From the IMG/VR virus record IMGVR_UViG_3300042293_000428, positions 1 through 55,559 of that record: a DNA stretch of 55,559 nt. One strand, given 5' to 3'. The translations under genes were made by a program, and so were the position numbers. Positions 21,501-28,841 of the stretch are shown piece after piece (positions within the stretch are counted from its first letter, which is position 1; every line of letters begins with the position of its first letter). This DNA comes from a virus. Its lineage: Duplodnaviria; Caudoviricetes. Under the pieces are notes generated by a model. The model did not search any database. It was given only the letters and a program-made list of their open reading frames with translations, and had not been told where the DNA came from.

Positions 21501-22884
21501 CTATTAAAATATTTTTAGCCCCTTCATCTGATAAAAATCCTTCGGTAATTCCTGTTGACAAAGCATCTAACCAATCTGTAGGAGTGTTATTGTACTTTTT
21601 ATTATAATAATCATTTACTCCTACACCAATAGAAAACTGTGCTCCTTCTTCAAATCCTTCTGAAGCAGAGAAAGTGTAAGGTCTTATTTTATTTAAAGTA
21701 TTTAATATTTTACTTTTAGGAGTTTTTACAATAAATTTACCAGCAGCATCTGTGGTTATATCCCCTATTTCTCTAGTAACATTATTTATAATTCCTTTTT
21801 CTGCTTTATAAGAACTTCCTAGTATTTTAGGAAATTGTATATAATTGGTTGCACTAAGTAAAGCAACATTTCCTAAAAAAGAAGCATTACCTATACTATC
21901 AGCAGCTCTATTAATTTTTTCAAGATCGGATCCTGTAGGTTCAACTCCCCTATGAGTATCTTTATATTCTTGTATTTTTTGATTTCTAAAAGCATTAAGA
22001 TGTTGATATGCTTCAAACCCAGCCTCTCCACTAGTAGACAATCCTGCAACAACAGCTCTGTGTCCTTTATCTAAAACATTATATGTTCTTAAATAGGAAT
22101 CAGATAATGCTTTTATTTTACCATAAGCCTCTGTTCCTTTATCAAGTTTTAATAACATTTCTTCTGACTTAGCAACTGCCTCAGCAGCTCTACCCATAGA
22201 TAATAATCTGGATGCGCCTGGAAGAGCTGCAAGTCCTTTTAATCCTGCAGAATATAGACCACCTGTCAAATAAGCTCCAGCAGCAAATCCCATATTTTTA
22301 ACTACACCATCCCATAAAAAGTTTCCTGTCAAAAAGTAATCAGGAGAATACCATTTAGCATTTTTTTCTATATCAGTATAAAAGTTAGGAGCAACGTCTT
22401 CAGCTTTTTTTACTATTTCATCTAAGTTTCTATTAAAATCATTATCATAAAAAGAGGCAAACCTTCCATCTTTTCCCCATTGTATTAAACCATTAACAAG
22501 TCCAAAGGTACCTTGTACAAAAGTAGTACCTGTAAGTAATAATCCTTTACCTACACCGTTAACCATTTTAGCTCCCCAATCTTGTCCATAAGCAGCAAAA
22601 TCTTCATTACTTTTTAATAATGGATTATAAGCGTCATATCTTTTATTAGCTTCTAATTCAGAAAAACCTACTGATATACCTTTTTGTTTACCAGCAGGCA
22701 TGCTTGCAAATAATTCAGCTTTACTTTCCAAATCCCCATCATTAGGTGTTCCTGATATAATATTATTATCATAATCTGGAAACTGTATAGAAGGATATCT
22801 CTTTGATTCCTGAATATTAATTTCAGGAAGAGATAATTTACTTTCTTTAATAATAGGATTTAATAACTTATCAAAGTCTGGCAT
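9511..22884 (-). CDS. Virion-packaged RNA polymerase polyprotein (crAss-like two-barrel RNAP) with zincin domain
   Basis: RIPTQ...GSDFDIDKL catalytic motif (~12770-12905), TDGAG motif, TYHEVFHAVWR zincin (~17000-17040), Gly/Ala-rich hydrophobic N-terminus; 4457 aa. Confidence 0.92.
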   Translation of the reverse strand: MPDFDKLLNPIIKESKLSLPEINIQESKRYPSIQFPDYDNNIISGTPNDGDLESKAELFASMPAGKQKGISVGFSELEANKRYDAYNPLLKSNEDFAAYGQDWGAKMVNGVGKGLLLTGTTFVQGTFGLVNGLIQWGKDGRFASFYDNDFNRNLDEIVKKAEDVAPNFYTDIEKNAKWYSPDYFLTGNFLWDGVVKNMGFAAGAYLTGGLYSAGLKGLAALPGASRLLSMGRAAEAVAKSEEMLLKLDKGTEAYGKIKALSDSYLRTYNVLDKGHRAVVAGLSTSGEAGFEAYQHLNAFRNQKIQEYKDTHRGVEPTGSDLEKINRAADSIGNASFLGNVALLSATNYIQFPKILGSSYKAEKGIINNVTREIGDITTDAAGKFIVKTPKSKILNTLNKIRPYTFSASEGFEEGAQFSIGVGVNDYYNKKYNNTPTDWLDALSTGITEGFLSDEGAKNILIGGLSGAIMMGKSNFQEARAKSLNTAEAVKQFNNYQLSDFTKETKDSVNRGTVLQEEREQLLTEGNITESKDKETDYIINYLTPRIKFGRFDLVKAEIDDYRTLASTDDGFNELVKEGKALPTDTREAFLARLNNFEQTANNVKSLYQTLNLRYSGQVDEEKNPIYSSAVIDKMVYGATKISDYEQRIPSLKSQLLGSVNNIDEILQDVSEGKLDTFNIAVANLEASKLINKEELIEALDDAAFMTAKRDFLLKQYSDIKNNPEKYKAKAFDYSKTEEDENLGTVKIKTKTGESDYVIGKKYFLGEVIEYTKDGQPIYRTPTVKILGMNEDGTIQMYDVKTKETFNVSPEKLESYDLQGLEETLANPLAKFTIKNRNKLFQHKGFKDKDGNPRQGRVRYNAEKDTLEFYYIDARGKERSKPVTTKQFEKQKGFSLPMIEALEKYDSETEMSIRELLEALATDNASQYRESVEARNKIIKDLYEDAVEQVESINNKLQSNKEKIQKIAEEIDDLKLTKTGKPRARISKTLQKTLDSLSKLREDIELENEVLLDRKADLEYDIPYFESLIEEYKNFEGGSQDFIDQLNSDLKVLSDLYEVTDKAISDNKKMTELIDELYKKTLESFNEYIDNLKASVKRTDNVIVPLYLDELQSRVEKMLGEEGAKYYIANREGLTELVSSLQDSIYEYQEEHGLPELTRKVETLPKELEELIQGLDDLVNRYIATGKVLSKFESFVEEQNRIEEEQKAMATNKERKAELEATKDVKAIQNKRQGGKYEPVAKKSSEVIGRATMAPNTGKPHQVRANNFGARLDSFPEGSVYGVYITKNNQDEKIPGLMDHLKINERGNIDDSIDTDSTVALLMVNEEGIPVDEFGQPITNRTEYISKGVYQVFADDKLTWNAKWSKDGKTEESMFRKNTSEEIEKAVRKAYADWKKKVLKQTKVEDLHSVGASFGIPQFVLDENNEPDYDARTSVLDAGLVSQEDLETKIVLRVPKTEAEGSQGLTSYDSATGKVFVQLPNALVPVQNRKHTEQEASSIFDALVKLAEYANDIYQDMKDPEPTRILEYLKSVVYWGIPIDAQGNKKPAGYNSIFFETDEKTGALKLTISKEGLDFTFTPTELLRNKNSVIEKIMDIYGNVNSQMLDDINREYEQIVSISEDGQVESVTWQNYQSYLLSSTLPSGEAREMNNTPLSTAMRPLNDVEDVNRSGIYFYTTDNADDYAFAETKKVVKKPSKKRAPVNTKKSTKTKDFAKGKSFKKEPGKKPSKEEDVEIDNTDIDPDMETINTFTFPDGKKISYVVHPNVLNMKGKGVIIVTDEGDYDAVVEKIGSNPANKGKNAEQLLKSTITKHVITVLESREEEEEQVEEEDEDFDSMFTKGVTVGKTTPKSKKSLKEDEDEAPISDNLKNLMKNAKRNKGGEEALREKILNYVEGIETEDWNSIEDFIKKVLPTIPFYRVKNLIQATNGRQAYGMFKDAAVYVYENAEVGTTYHEVFHAVWRMFTSPQEQKAILNELRTKKGTFFDRTSRTDISFSDATDIQLEEHLAEEFRDYVQEGKTPSKPVEGRSFIAKLFDDLVKFIKEMFLGPNSQSNTDKLFEKITSGYFAKSTPYAAELSFANKGFIEIDEVTNTTGAQFSEVVRLSDKIRHEVIEHMTYATLLKLTEDDASLFQDPKISKLDLYDGLKKDILNRITQDTFIINDLYEEEKIGKRVRNEELQKIDGLITEIQDGWDSIVDQYEDYLKGYSVEFDENDNIQLNDDNIIKESDKFDATKIDAFKKANRAIKLLLSTVPYLNDEGKLDESSINGARLIPVSQVNITLLNTLADARNIDEMLEKLKTLAKSDINYKTLYKRITKKDVAENGLALNKVTTRGNLQLITSIWSLFKKYNSTVKVVSVLENGEVILKNAFLSNAAEQLRQTYLNSITTNAKSEKGFFKYSTKSKGYFVNRKELDKTSLVSKTGMVNFLNKLGVPFTVTELNRLEIENPKQYEKFKSAVGGLKSSLYSIGKVSSFYMSTLSIGNRLYELAEIKSLVSNPETDSTFYNINGEMTQAYIGPNAASQLFETLDQIDALTPEELSTTPQFSYLLSDTFTKGSALLKRMFTSQGVKKESKSETPLFTVGYVGGFENNMTGKKKQSSKLNYKDRLLQELNLNIKGWFLNLVPGDASIEHMIYMGNEFDYKMLSSGMTAVHKVFKDYFLSELAVSQEKDRPFVEAEGRKRTDLRFFKSILANTKESEEDKRNKLHDTIIEYAKTHSFEETYSKFDKQINSAIDSYMTADAENLKEVLESYGLIGVNDFGKLTIQNTMFPKGMSEKEMDLQLKVVTANYMVANIEMHKLLYSDPYQYEDELKRTKSFNSPRQLIVGGKDSINQLFNAIWNKGFKKGDIGYTDFTRGYFRTVTHQDVVGEIDLPGYEPYKETDGAGIISYPAYRNFRIRAGQWSDGDEKQYKYDIAWEKQDKAMKAEKSGDKKLAEKLYNSISYEETQILDAGNPKVQSAFTDLKPIVSGNKADGNTFNDVVLDKFALYPLSYRLMSELNPNSNAVKLYNKMQSESVDYIIFKSARKVGAINAHPTYDAEGNFNDAPYVTKGKKRNIVNVPFEIMSVQSEVPFKEKDEIKRGTQVTKLVTLDALEAGVPTDFMTDGSFEDRYEAWYTLDENAKKEASPLFKEIQNNQALLESIINKGYNNLLRSLGIEEIIYKSKEGVKTKSFKIVNFSSAATTLRNEILKRHVNSNIMMALNDFIKGDSVLEATPAYQQIRNILYSIADREVISSKISGGMKVQISSALLEENKIKPITRKVKGKNTLVFQSDILDFYSMKEGDKEINVCEMMVGRWFKSKLSDKDLLDYLNNTEEGQEMLKGFAYRIPTQKQNSIDVFKIKQFLPVEFKDSVVVPSALVAKVGSDFDIDKLSMYFKNVKVNSKGYPELIKFTKGEEKLTSRYYDWVLENSNRDTKKYIQWLAKPSVKEIKEKFNDLRNEIKAKYKGDVRTRREELYNSYQENVSVAKEKLTDQELYIKELFAESSTVFFNLPQEEIDDYTDLKIELRLRGLDGPVELENYLGLTLLKIESSEDAEVIDTLNDLAEYYKQQLVAIGAKQEYVNTITKDALEMFRQNKNISVLEITSKMNTIRDEVEEKYGIETTTNNLEVAKEIAETDELPTLEEFSKLSEYEQNTRKAVENAYIKSLQDITVHKSNYERLIQPNSAEDMKSLSEKIAKKVSGSTFNYKDAGNMLNRMFMSSLRHAFVTGKYAIGIAAVNQTNHSLNQRQLVYIDRSRLANVDDKDALWLADASIHFRNYNSVVAKDKGSVATLSKIRNAERSKKFPNGQDISDIIGQFIDGYVDISAGPWIMELGATPNVTSTWLFLVKIGVPINDIAYFMNQPIIRDYLKSIEKAGYSYLFMPKFVTNMLSEYNPKGEVDAKKLFNDRKGFRIPSESELEGMLGKSISELTRSEKYNQQMMLLEFMKYAKLGEQLFHVTQGTNFDTANFNDPNLVWKKLKQLEKARKTVISDVDEILDNSFLGDLQNKIGDFRNALAEILKSDKRRTRTIIQKVLEPYVDMSDNDFVKLSRKAVNDFFDWAVQTKGGNESINKDIARILLEEGGIGEEVTNFVKSVKRNPEHELYDNEIINIIEVVPSKLSGEGHPTNIKIKGLDNKVYDQNNIIFAFRELRDYLKGQNKSESNIYDKLKLLAVLQSGLSTSPISFTNLIPYEDFSEIYSRVLDKLEELPKMEDFYNLGVFQRNNWNNDDIVPTKSAIKTFTGIYNPAMKYLPKNVKAEIAEGNIPPVLSVSTLSPEGKSEYIVYTWKEIPKGMKESTMREEGDFSFLKKGLFKKVYDIRDLEYIHSSNDKDYFVYKAVNAWGDGFRAQEFYDDARESVIDNGFIKVDETGDTAVINTFGRTGKKTLSSKISDASKNKRKLKENLFEQKDDIPLSDVDDSSDDKLFSEINNVNVLSLQLKDQNTYLVSEITNQMMSDMGYTPSEIGKFIKKYKC

Positions 22885-22902
22885 AATAATATTTTTTTAA
22901 TT

Positions 22903-25452
22903 TTATTTAAACAATGCTTTTATTTCTGGAGAAACAACATCATTTGATGATTTTAATACTGTATTTATTAAATCTTGATCTGTAATATTTTTAAAAAATA
23001 GTTCAGCATTTTCAGCTGAGTCAAATTCAGACTCAAGAGGAATAACAGCTACTCCTGCAGGAGTATTAATTCTTAATGTAACAAATTGATTTTCACCATC
23101 TCCTGTTACTAGATCTGCTTTAATATTTAAAGTAGTTTTAGGAAAATTATTTTTTTTGTACCAAGAATTTTGAAAAAGTCCTGTATTATTTGTTGTTCCT
23201 CCTTGAGCTTTTTGTGCATTTCTAACATCTCTATATTTAGTATCTGTATCAATAGGAAGTTGACTATATGCTTGTTCTGACATTGGTAATTTATATACAT
23301 CTTTACCATTTATAACTATTAACACTTTATCATCTCCTTGTTCAAATAATTTATACTGTAAATTCTTTTTGTCTGTTGTACCAAAAACTTCTTGCAATTT
23401 TTCTCTTTCATCTTCAGTAGAATATTTATTTCCTCCTTTTATTCCTGCAAATTCTTCAAGATTTCCCATCAATAAATTAGTTGTGACACTTTCATAAAAT
23501 TGTCTAGAAGTATCATCTTCTCCACTACCTACATTAATGTCAGCTAATTTTGGCATCCATTTTTGATTAAGCTTATTGAACTCTTGATATTTTATTTTAT
23601 TTCTTGTAGTAATTAGATCAGAATTATTTTTTTCTATAACAGCTTTAAATTTGTTATATCTATCAGTTTCTGATGTTGTAAATTTATGAGAAGTTAATTT
23701 TTTTTCTTTATCAGATAATTTAGAAGTATATTCAGTATATCCAAACGCTTGTCCTCCATAACCACCTCCACCATATCCTACTCTTTTTTGTTTAGATAAA
23801 AAAGTAGCTATTTCTTCTGGCGTATAAGTTATAGATCCCGATGGTGTATTAATTGAATAAGCTCCTAAGTTTTTAGTTTCTGTATCAAACTTTGCTTTTA
23901 AATTTCTAACTTCTTTAGAATTATTTGCATTAACCTCTGCTGTTTTTAATGCTGATGTAGATATTCTTATACCTTCTCTTATATTAACAAGTTTTTCAAC
24001 TTGATTTCTATATTGTACAGGAATAACTTTTACAGCATCTGCATATTTCATTTTATCACCATACTGGTAAGCATTTACTGCATTTCTAATTTGTACATTA
24101 CTTGCTCCAGTTTTTTCTGAAAGAAAAGAATAAATGTCATCTCCACTTTGTTTTAAACTTTCTAAACTATTTGCAGCAGTTTTCATAGGATCTCCTAAAT
24201 CAGTATCAAGTCCCATAAAGGTTGCAAATTCTCCCACTTCTCCTTTTTCCTTAGCTAATGCTTTTTTATCAGCTGCAGATAATTCATCTTTCTTTAAATT
24301 ATAATTAAGTATATCCATCTTTTTATCCCAAGCAGCATTAGAGATATCAAGATTTAACTTAGTTTGAGCTTGTGCAAAATCTCTTTCCCAGTTATCTTGT
24401 GCTTTTACTGGATTAGCCATAACATTTTCTTTGTTATGTTCCCATGCATTTGCAGCAGCAAACTGTTCAATTGAGCTATTTTTATATAATAAAATTTTTG
24501 CATTTTCTGGATTAGAAAGTACATAATCATTTTCTTCTTTTAATTGTGTAGTTAGTTGTTTGTTATTTTCTTCTAACTCTCCAATTACTTTTAATGCTCT
24601 GTCTCTTTTAGCAGGCATAGAAGTGTTTAAATTTGCATACCCTCTTAGTTCTTTAATTTTTTCATTATTTTTTTCTATACCAATTGAATATTTTCTTGTA
24701 GCTTGATTTGCTAATTGTTCAGGGGTTGCATCTTTAAATGTATATCTACCACTTATAGATAATTGATTTAGTTCATCTGGAGATAAACTGGATCTTAATG
24801 CATTTTCTATTTTTGCAGTTGATACAGTTTCTTTACTTACACGTTGCATTGCTGCAGCAGTCTTATTATAATTAACTTTTCCATTTTCAACTACATAAGG
24901 AATATCTTGTTCTGTTAAATCAGAATGTAATCCTTTTAAAACTTCAAAATATTTTTTTTCAACATCTATATATGGAGTATATCTATCATTAAATTTATCA
25001 CCAATTTCAGTTGAGTTTAAATATCTATTTGTTTTTTCTGCAAAGTCCCATTGATTTTCTTGAGAAGATTTTCCTTCTGAAATAGCTTTTTCCATTTCAG
25101 CTTTTTGTTTTCTTAACCAAGCAGTAGAACTTACAGCATTAATTACATTCTCATCTTTACTAATTTGATTAGTCATTCCATTAACAGAATTAACTAATTG
25201 AAAATTAGAAAAATCTCCAGCAGCTACAGCAGTTAGATTATTACCTAGTTGATTAAGTTTAGACTGTAGGTATTTTTTATCTACATCTCTAGCAATATCC
25301 ATACCTGCAACATTATCAATATTAGATTGTATTTTTTGAACACCTTCATCATACTGCTGTTGTTTTTGCATACCAACTTTTACCATTGCCTCTACAGGCA
25401 ATTGTTGTACGTAAGGATTAAATTGGGGGATTTTGTCAGTATACGAGGCCAT
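22903..25452 (-). CDS. Putative internal virion (cargo/ejection) protein
   Basis: 849 aa, helical; lies between the cargo genes and vRNAP; N-terminal FNPYVQQLP...KQQQYD pattern. Confidence 0.65.
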   Translation of the reverse strand: MASYTDKIPQFNPYVQQLPVEAMVKVGMQKQQQYDEGVQKIQSNIDNVAGMDIARDVDKKYLQSKLNQLGNNLTAVAAGDFSNFQLVNSVNGMTNQISKDENVINAVSSTAWLRKQKAEMEKAISEGKSSQENQWDFAEKTNRYLNSTEIGDKFNDRYTPYIDVEKKYFEVLKGLHSDLTEQDIPYVVENGKVNYNKTAAAMQRVSKETVSTAKIENALRSSLSPDELNQLSISGRYTFKDATPEQLANQATRKYSIGIEKNNEKIKELRGYANLNTSMPAKRDRALKVIGELEENNKQLTTQLKEENDYVLSNPENAKILLYKNSSIEQFAAANAWEHNKENVMANPVKAQDNWERDFAQAQTKLNLDISNAAWDKKMDILNYNLKKDELSAADKKALAKEKGEVGEFATFMGLDTDLGDPMKTAANSLESLKQSGDDIYSFLSEKTGASNVQIRNAVNAYQYGDKMKYADAVKVIPVQYRNQVEKLVNIREGIRISTSALKTAEVNANNSKEVRNLKAKFDTETKNLGAYSINTPSGSITYTPEEIATFLSKQKRVGYGGGGYGGQAFGYTEYTSKLSDKEKKLTSHKFTTSETDRYNKFKAVIEKNNSDLITTRNKIKYQEFNKLNQKWMPKLADINVGSGEDDTSRQFYESVTTNLLMGNLEEFAGIKGGNKYSTEDEREKLQEVFGTTDKKNLQYKLFEQGDDKVLIVINGKDVYKLPMSEQAYSQLPIDTDTKYRDVRNAQKAQGGTTNNTGLFQNSWYKKNNFPKTTLNIKADLVTGDGENQFVTLRINTPAGVAVIPLESEFDSAENAELFFKNITDQDLINTVLKSSNDVVSPEIKALFK

Positions 25453-25491
25453 ATTCTTTTTTATATTTTACACACTATGTATGTCGATTAG

Positions 25492-25570
25492 CAAATGTAA
25501 TATGAATTATTAGAACTACCAAAATTAATAATCAATTCTGGTAATTCTTTATAATTAAATTAGTTATAAA
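25492..25570 (-). promoter_or_regulatory. Promoter TTTG-N20-TACATTTG with upstream 27-bp palindromic site (25544-25570)
   Basis: Perfect Bacteroidota consensus; the 27-bp site is 25/27 identical to 41983-42009. Confidence 0.75.
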
Positions 25571-28500
25571 TTTTTGTATGATTTAACAATAGAGCCATTC
25601 TTAGCGTCTGTTTTTTTCTTTTTCTTTAATATAGTTTCATATTCATATCCTTCTGGTGCAGTTTCTTCTTTATTTCCACTTTCATTTCCTGATATATTAA
25701 ATAGTTGTAAAGGATTCATATTAATAGCTCTTCCTTTTTTGTTAAATCTGTAATTATACATATTTTCCATTACTCCAAGAGTTCTATTTTCAAGTTTGTT
25801 CTTAGCATATTTATCAGCTATTGAATTAAGAGCAGCTTGTGTTGTAGCTTTAGTATTAGATAACGCTTCTGATTGTCTTGTATATTGTTGATCTGCAATA
25901 CCAAGATTTTTAAGCTTAGCATCGTTAAGAATATTTCTATTCTCTCCATACACTTTATCTTTCATAGCTTGGTTAGCTCTAAATTGATCTCCAAGTACTT
26001 GTTGATTAGCTTGATACTTCTGAGCATTTAGATTAGCTTGAGCTGCTGGGTTATAACCCATTGTTCTTTGTGCTGCTCTATAGTCTGCTTGATTAGCATT
26101 CAATTGATCTTGTAAAGAAATATCATAAGGTACTCCTAGTTCTGGTCTATAGAAGTTAGCTTGTACAGGTTCTAATTGATTAGTAGCCATAGCGTACATT
26201 TCTGGATACAATTGTGACGCATCTAAATCTTCTGCATCACTTGGTCTTATTAAAGGAATTAATGAATTAAGTGCAAGTATATACGGATTTATTTGATTAG
26301 TTTCTTTTTCTTCAACTTGTGGTGTAGAGTTTTTAGAAGTCCAATCAACGCCTGTTTGTACACCCTCTTGTTGTTCTGGAGCAGTAATTAAATTAAGAGT
26401 TTTTAGTTCAGGTGCAGCCCACCCAGCACCTAAATGTTCTGGATCCATATAAGCACTTTTGCCATATAAATTTTGATGTCTAGCTTCAATAATTTTTTTA
26501 GCTTCTGGATTATTAAGTAAAAATTCTTCAAATTCTTTATTTCCTTTTCCTTTAAATCCTAGTTTATCTGCAATTTGATCCCAGTCTGTTGTTGAAAACT
26601 CTGAAGCAGTCTTTTTACCTAAGCCTGTTTTATTACCTTGCCAAGGAAGTAAACCATATTTACTAATACCCTCTTGTGCTTTTGTAAACTTACCACCAAA
26701 CTTAGCATATTCTTTTTGAGCTTCTTTGTCTATCTTCACTTTACCTCTTGCAAGATCATCAGCAACTAATCCACGTTCTTCTGCTGTATCATTAATTGCA
26801 TTTTGAAGAGAAGCTGCATTTATTTTTTTATCAGCTATATCTTTAAGTTTCATATTAGCTCCTTGTATGTTAGCTTGTAATGCTGTCATTTTAAGTTTAT
26901 CAAATGATGTCAATGGTGTAAATCCATTTAACTCATTAATTGATTTCTCTATAAGTTTATTTTGTTTAGCTTCTGTTTTAGAAAGATCAGCTACATAGTT
27001 TTTAAACTTTTTACCCTTAGCAGATTTATCTCCTAGCATATCTATATATTGATTAGGTATTTTTAAATTACCGAACACCACACCAGATTTTTGTACTTCT
27101 CCTGTTTGAGGATCTACTACACCACCTTCTTCTAATTCAACCATAGGTTCTCCTCTTTCTACTTCTACTGGATTACCACCATAAGTTACACCTATTCCTG
27201 TTTCTCCGTTAGGAGAATATTCTTCATGTGATTTACCTCTAAACATAACTGTTTCTCCTGTACCAGGTAAATAAGGATTACGTGAAATAGTTTCAGCTCC
27301 TCCACCCCAATGTGTTTGTAACTCTCCACCTAATCCATAAGATTTAACATCTCCACCATCTCTATATGTTTCCATAGCTCTATCACTAGGAGGAGTGTAA
27401 TCTCTTAAATGTCCACCAGCTCTTAAACTATTCATTCCTTCATGAGCATAGTCATAAACTTCTTGTTCATCAAGACCACCAAATGAAGCTATAGTTTGTG
27501 GCTGCCAATCATTAGACACCCATCCACCATCTTCCATAAAAGATTGATTTTGAGATTGAATTCCTTTAGCCATATTAACACTAGCCATTCCCATCATGTT
27601 TTTTTGTGTAGCAGCATTATCTTTTTTTATTCTTTTAGCATAAGGATCTAATAAATTACCTGCCATACCACCAACAAATCCTCCTACAGCTCCTCCAATT
27701 CCTGGAGCAATAGCATTACCTAAAGATGTGCCTACTGTATTTCCTAGTTGTCCTCCAGCATTTTGCCCTCCCATTAATGATTGTCCTAATCCTGTAGCTT
27801 TTTGTGAAATCATTCCCCAAGGCATTCCTCCTCCATCTTGCATTTGATGAACTCTTCCTCCATGATAATATTGTTTTATATTACTATCATTTAATGGTTC
27901 ATATCCACTATCTGTATATATATCATATGGATCATATGTATTTTGTATTTCTGATGGGTTACCTCCTACATATCCACCATCTTGTAACATTCTACCATTT
28001 CTAGCAAGAACATTTGTACCAACACCATTAACAGGGAATAACTCTTCTCCTGTAGTAGGTTGCATCATAGCATTTCTTTGTTTAGAGAATGTATCTTGCA
28101 TTTGTCTACGTGCATCAACATCTGTACTTTGTGCTGCTTGTAAAGAAACATCACTTACTAGTTTTGTTTGTTTAGCTGCTTTAGCTGCTTCTTTCTCTTG
28201 TTTTAATGCTCCTATACCCCCAATAATAGATCCTATAGGACCAGCATATTTACCTAAACCTTTTCCTATTTTACTCCATGCATTTTCTCCTTCAAAAGGA
28301 CTAGCTCCTACAGGGTTTGCACCTTGAAAAATACCTTTAGCCATTGCTGTTCCTGCTTGATCTCCTTGAGGATTATATGCATTAAATTTAGGAGTAGGCA
28401 TTGAAAAACTATTCTGTGCTTGAGGGAATCCTTGTTGCATATTTAAACCTGAACTTGGAGCTTGTCCTAAACTATAATTACCCCCAAATTGAGCTTCAGG

Positions 28501-28839
28501 AATATCTTCATCTTCTTCATCCCCCATAAAACTTTCCATCAAATTACCTTCGCTTGATTTATTAGCCATTTCCTGTAAAGAAGCAGCAGCTTGTTGTTTT
28601 TCAAACATAGCTTGTCTTTCTTTATTTGTAGTACCAGTAATTAACTTATCTACCTTATTATATTCATTAGTAAAATTTATAGGTTTAAATCCTAATGAAC
28701 CACCAGTTACTGCAGCACCCATCTGTGCTTTCTTAAACTCTTTACCATGAACCTTCATGAAGGCTTCTTCCGATGGGTACTTCTTGTAAAATTCTTTCTG
28801 GGTCTTACACCCAGACATCTTTAAAATTTGTGCTTTCAT
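25564..28839 (-). CDS. Cargo/ejection protein with glycine-zipper segments and repeated xxxGG motifs
   Basis: AGPIGSIIGGIGAL and APGIGGAVGGFVGGMAG hydrophobic Gly-rich helices, VEVERGE motif, Gln/Ala-rich C-terminal coiled coil; position after the muzzle gene. Confidence 0.7.
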   Translation of the reverse strand: MKAQILKMSGCKTQKEFYKKYPSEEAFMKVHGKEFKKAQMGAAVTGGSLGFKPINFTNEYNKVDKLITGTTNKERQAMFEKQQAAASLQEMANKSSEGNLMESFMGDEEDEDIPEAQFGGNYSLGQAPSSGLNMQQGFPQAQNSFSMPTPKFNAYNPQGDQAGTAMAKGIFQGANPVGASPFEGENAWSKIGKGLGKYAGPIGSIIGGIGALKQEKEAAKAAKQTKLVSDVSLQAAQSTDVDARRQMQDTFSKQRNAMMQPTTGEELFPVNGVGTNVLARNGRMLQDGGYVGGNPSEIQNTYDPYDIYTDSGYEPLNDSNIKQYYHGGRVHQMQDGGGMPWGMISQKATGLGQSLMGGQNAGGQLGNTVGTSLGNAIAPGIGGAVGGFVGGMAGNLLDPYAKRIKKDNAATQKNMMGMASVNMAKGIQSQNQSFMEDGGWVSNDWQPQTIASFGGLDEQEVYDYAHEGMNSLRAGGHLRDYTPPSDRAMETYRDGGDVKSYGLGGELQTHWGGGAETISRNPYLPGTGETVMFRGKSHEEYSPNGETGIGVTYGGNPVEVERGEPMVELEEGGVVDPQTGEVQKSGVVFGNLKIPNQYIDMLGDKSAKGKKFKNYVADLSKTEAKQNKLIEKSINELNGFTPLTSFDKLKMTALQANIQGANMKLKDIADKKINAASLQNAINDTAEERGLVADDLARGKVKIDKEAQKEYAKFGGKFTKAQEGISKYGLLPWQGNKTGLGKKTASEFSTTDWDQIADKLGFKGKGNKEFEEFLLNNPEAKKIIEARHQNLYGKSAYMDPEHLGAGWAAPELKTLNLITAPEQQEGVQTGVDWTSKNSTPQVEEKETNQINPYILALNSLIPLIRPSDAEDLDASQLYPEMYAMATNQLEPVQANFYRPELGVPYDISLQDQLNANQADYRAAQRTMGYNPAAQANLNAQKYQANQQVLGDQFRANQAMKDKVYGENRNILNDAKLKNLGIADQQYTRQSEALSNTKATTQAALNSIADKYAKNKLENRTLGVMENMYNYRFNKKGRAINMNPLQLFNISGNESGNKEETAPEGYEYETILKKKKKTDAKNGSIVKSYKNL

Positions 28840-28841
28840 GA

